The notes beneath the pieces were generated by a model. That model did not search any database, was not told where the DNA came from, and worked only from the letters and a program-made list of their open reading frames with translations. A stretch of 64,000 nucleotides of DNA from the human T2T-CHM13v2.0 reference genome, Homo sapiens: the NCBI RefSeq assembly GCF_009914755.1, contig NC_060926.1; one strand, 5' to 3'. A program made the position numbers and the translations under genes. Positions 60,362-64,000 of the stretch are shown one piece after another (positions within the stretch are counted from its first letter, which is position 1; each line of letters opens with the position of its first letter).

Positions 60362-60490
60362 CTAAGCATGGTGGCTCACACCTGGAATCCCAGTGACGTT
60401 GGAGGCTGAGGCAGCAGGACTGCTTCAGCCCAAGAGTTCGAGACCAGCCAGAGCAACATAGTGAGACCCTCTCTCTCTCTAACAAAAGAA
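60362..60490 (+). mobile_element. FLAM / Alu left monomer
   Basis: CATGGTGGCTCACACCTGGAATCCCAG ... GAGTTCGAGACCAGCC, no right arm. Confidence 0.85.
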
Positions 60491-63186
60491 TCTTCTCCCT
60501 GTGCCCTTCCTCATAGAGTTGAGCTGTCCAGAAAAGATCTTCAAGATCATGGAGTTGACTGATACTCACAATCATAGCAATGGTATTTGCATCACCTGGG
60601 GAAAATGTTTAACCATACTAAGGCCCAGTCTCAGCTGCCGGAGACTCTATGGAACTGTTCTGGGTTGAGGCCCAGGTGGGTTGTGAACCCCAATCCATCA
60701 CAGCCCAATCCCTTGTCTTACAACCGAAAGCTGTAAAGGGGAAGATGGCCACCTTTCTAGACCCAGAAACTGCTCCAGAGGGCCCAGGAACAAGCTTCTA
60801 AGCCACAAAGGTTGTGGTTCTGCCTCCTCAGATATGCCTGTCAGGCCAATTAACACCTGAATCTTGCAATGGCTTAAATGCCAACAGCAGACCCCTGGCC
60901 AGACCATTTTCCTTTCACCCCACACCTGGCAATTTCTCTTCATCGCCATGCTGTGCTCGCCGTGCAGACAAAATCAATAAGGACAATATAGCTAAAAGGT
61001 TACCATATAGCAGAGATCTCAGTAATGAAAGTGTATGTTTTTTTCCAGCAGGCCTGTTCCACTTCTTTCTTAACTATTTCCTCATTCCAAAACTATATTT
61101 CCTGTCACAGCCTATTTTCTCTCCATTTCACAAAGCATTAATAGGCCAAGTTCTAAAAAAACAAAAGACAGTTTTTTAGCCACAAGTGAATAAAAGTAAG
61201 GTCAAAGTTCAAGGACTGATATCATCGTGATTTTGCTCTGTTCAAATTCATTTGTTTCTTAGACCAGGAAATAACTGATATACCTGGTTAATGATCTAGA
61301 ATGCCCCAAGTATTTGCTCAAGCTGCACACTTACTAAAGGGCAACATCTTTTGGATGGTAGCCACAGAACCTCCTGACCTGAAACAATATTGGGTATTCA
61401 AAATAAAGGCTGGCTCTCTGCTGAGATGAGCTGGGGAAACAGCGGGTACATACATTGGCAATAACCAGCTCACCTGTAGTAAGAGAAGGTGCTTTTCCAG
61501 GGCACCATTTTATTCACAGGTTATATTTGTTTTAACAGAGAGACCATATTCTGCTTTTACTTGGTTAAGAACTCGGTTCAGGGTCAAAACGTCTAATAGG
61601 AAAAGCATTCGTGTCTGAGCACAGAATTTAGGTAGAAATTGAGAACAAGAAAGTAGAGTCAGAACCCATTAAACCAGGGATTTTAAATTCCGGAGAAGAA
61701 TGTACATATCTATTTCAACTCTTAGTGATGTTATTTAAAACTCTTCTATTCCTTTCAAAGTATTTAACATGACTTTGGATGTACGAGACAAATACTTTTT
61801 AGTTAGTGTGCCAGCCAGCAGGTGCTCTCAAATGAAACTGTTTTGAAAACTTCTGGATATCTGGGAAATATTTCTGTAGGATGTAGAATAAAAAAATTCA
61901 CCTTATAGAATAATTTCAAAGAGAAAAGGAAGATTCATCTTGTTTGAAAGACATTATTTTTGACTGACCTGAATCTAAGCACACACTTTGGTTATGAGAA
62001 ATTCCGCCTTCTGTATCTGAACTTGTTATATGAACAGTGGATGCCACTTAAAACAAAAGAGGAAGAAAGAAATCTGCTTCCTCAAGGAAGAGTTTCAGCC
62101 CTTTAAATCTTAACACACAATAAAAATACTCCCATTACCACCATCACCCACTTCAGCAGCTATTCGAAGTTCATAACAATTCATAGAAAAGAACAATTGC
62201 TTAAAGCAGAATCAAAAACCCTTGAGACTTCTCAAGATTATAGGCCACAGACATAAATAAAAGCTCTCAATAAAAATACTTTATAACCTTATTGTGTATT
62301 AAAATGTTATAAATAACTGTGCAAAGACTTAGCCACTCTATCAACAAACAGAATTTTAGATTTCTTTTCCCAGCCTGTGTGCACTCAGTCACTCAATGTA
62401 CTCACTGCCGATCTACATATTTACAGTTGTTTACCACATTTTGTTAAGGCTTAAAAAAAAAATAAGGAAAGAGAAAGGAAGCACTTTCTAAAGAACTGTA
62501 AATTACAATTGAGCTCTCTTAAGAGTTCACTTATCTTCGCTGATTAACTTCCAGGGTACTTACTGAAACAGGTGTTGTGTGTGTAAAAATCAGTATAGAT
62601 GAATATAGCATGTGCTGGAGTGAGACTTTGGGCTGTGAACTTCACTTCAACTCTATTTTAACCTTTTCAAAATGAGGGAAAAGGTTATGGTGAAATGAAT
62701 AGGTGTTGATGTACCTCACTGGTTCCTAGCACAGATCTACGGACAAGAGGAATCAAAATGATCTGTCAAACCTGGAAACAACAAAACCAAGCAGAGTACC
62801 AGCCCGCATCACTTGAACTCAGTAGATTTAAGGAGATGCCCATACAGCAGATTCTGTTGCAAGTCCCTCAGGTGATTCTGATACTCAGTCAGGGCTGAGA
62901 TGAACTAGTCAGGAACTTTCCAGTTCTTGAAAACCACAAACACTTCAATTTTGCCTTGTGTGTACATATGTTCATGAAAATAAAATCTATTATGTTAGAA
63001 ATTTGGCAAATATACATTTTATACTAAAGATATTGCTATTTAAAGGAGATTTCTTTTAAAAAAGATATCTTTTATAATTGATAGTTTAACAATATAATTT
63101 TTCAACCCTAACTTTTCTCTCCAGTGTATTTAAATTTTGGAGTTTGCTTAAAGTATACTTAAATCATTACAAGGAAAGAAGGAAGT

Positions 63187-63636
63187 TGTATGGCAGACAA
63201 ACCTGACAGCAATAACTTAAGCATACCCTGAGAATGACCCTAGGGTGTAAGAGGAATGTGTGTTTGGAGTTCCAAACTTATTAATCCAGGAGTGGACAAT
63301 CCAGGGATTCATTCCTTATCAATGAGGAACATCAGAACCCAGGACCCATCCTATGGAACACAGGCTGGACAGGTGATCGAGGCCCTCTGTTTTGGGTTAG
63401 ATGAAAGTTGCCAGGTGGAGGTTGCTAGGCGGAGGGTGCTAAGTGAAAATGCTATATAAACTGCATGCTTTTTGCCAGCAGTTGTGGTTCTCCTGTCCAG
63501 CCTGCAGCCACTAGACCACCCTGTATGTAAGTTCCCTCAATAAATCCTGTGTGTCCTCCACTGGCTCTGGGTGTCTTCTTTGTCTTCTCGAACATGGTGC
63601 TGTCCCTACTGAAGTTAATAGGGGTCTGGCACAACA
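63187..63636 (+). mobile_element. ERV solo LTR (LTR47-like)
   Basis: TG...CA termini; GACAGCAATAACTTAAGCATACCCTGAGAATGACCCT; TATATAAA box about 63453 and AATAAA about 63539. Confidence 0.7.
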
Positions 63637-64000
63637 AAGGTAAAGTTCAAAGTCAAAAATTTCCTGCCACCTCTGTTAAGAATTATAGTCTGTGGAATAA
63701 TATCTCTGCCAGGCAAGTCTTGGGCTTCAGTCAGGAAGGTCTCAGGCCATGTCATGTGCTTTCCACATACCATAAAAGGAACTGGATATATATTTCATGA
63801 TTGATAAACTTAGGGATAACTGGAAAAGGGTCTCTTTCCCCATGCTTAATTACATCTAAGAGTATGTTTAAAGAATTATTTAAGGAAAAAGTAATTATGA
63901 TGTTCAGTTAGATCACTTTAAATGGAAATAACTTGGAAACATACTACATTGCTCTAGATGCAGACTAAGGGATCAATGACTGAAAAAAAAGAACATCTTT

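Overview
This is primate (almost certainly human) genomic DNA, not microbial: AT-rich and dense in Alu, L1, L2, MIR, LTR and DNA-transposon relics. It contains one convincing coding exon on the minus strand (40103-40252, 150 nt, phase 0-0, peptide EKLSEEERKH...LLLERLKALE), which I recognise from memory as an N-terminal coiled-coil exon of NCKAP5. The rest appears to be intronic sequence of that gene. I found no CRISPR array, tRNA/rRNA gene, intact transposon or new multi-gene system. The strongest unexplained signal is a set of apparent DNA-repair or template-switch scars: three short (47-65 bp) direct-orientation copies of sequence from 1.4-12.5 kb away (one fused to a perfect 17-bp hairpin), twin hairpins sharing a loop motif, a 63-bp tandem duplication, a three-arm Alu within one TSD, and a tail-less L1 fragment with an 8-bp duplication. 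Repeat subfamily names are by eye from remembered consensus sequences and their boundaries are approximate.
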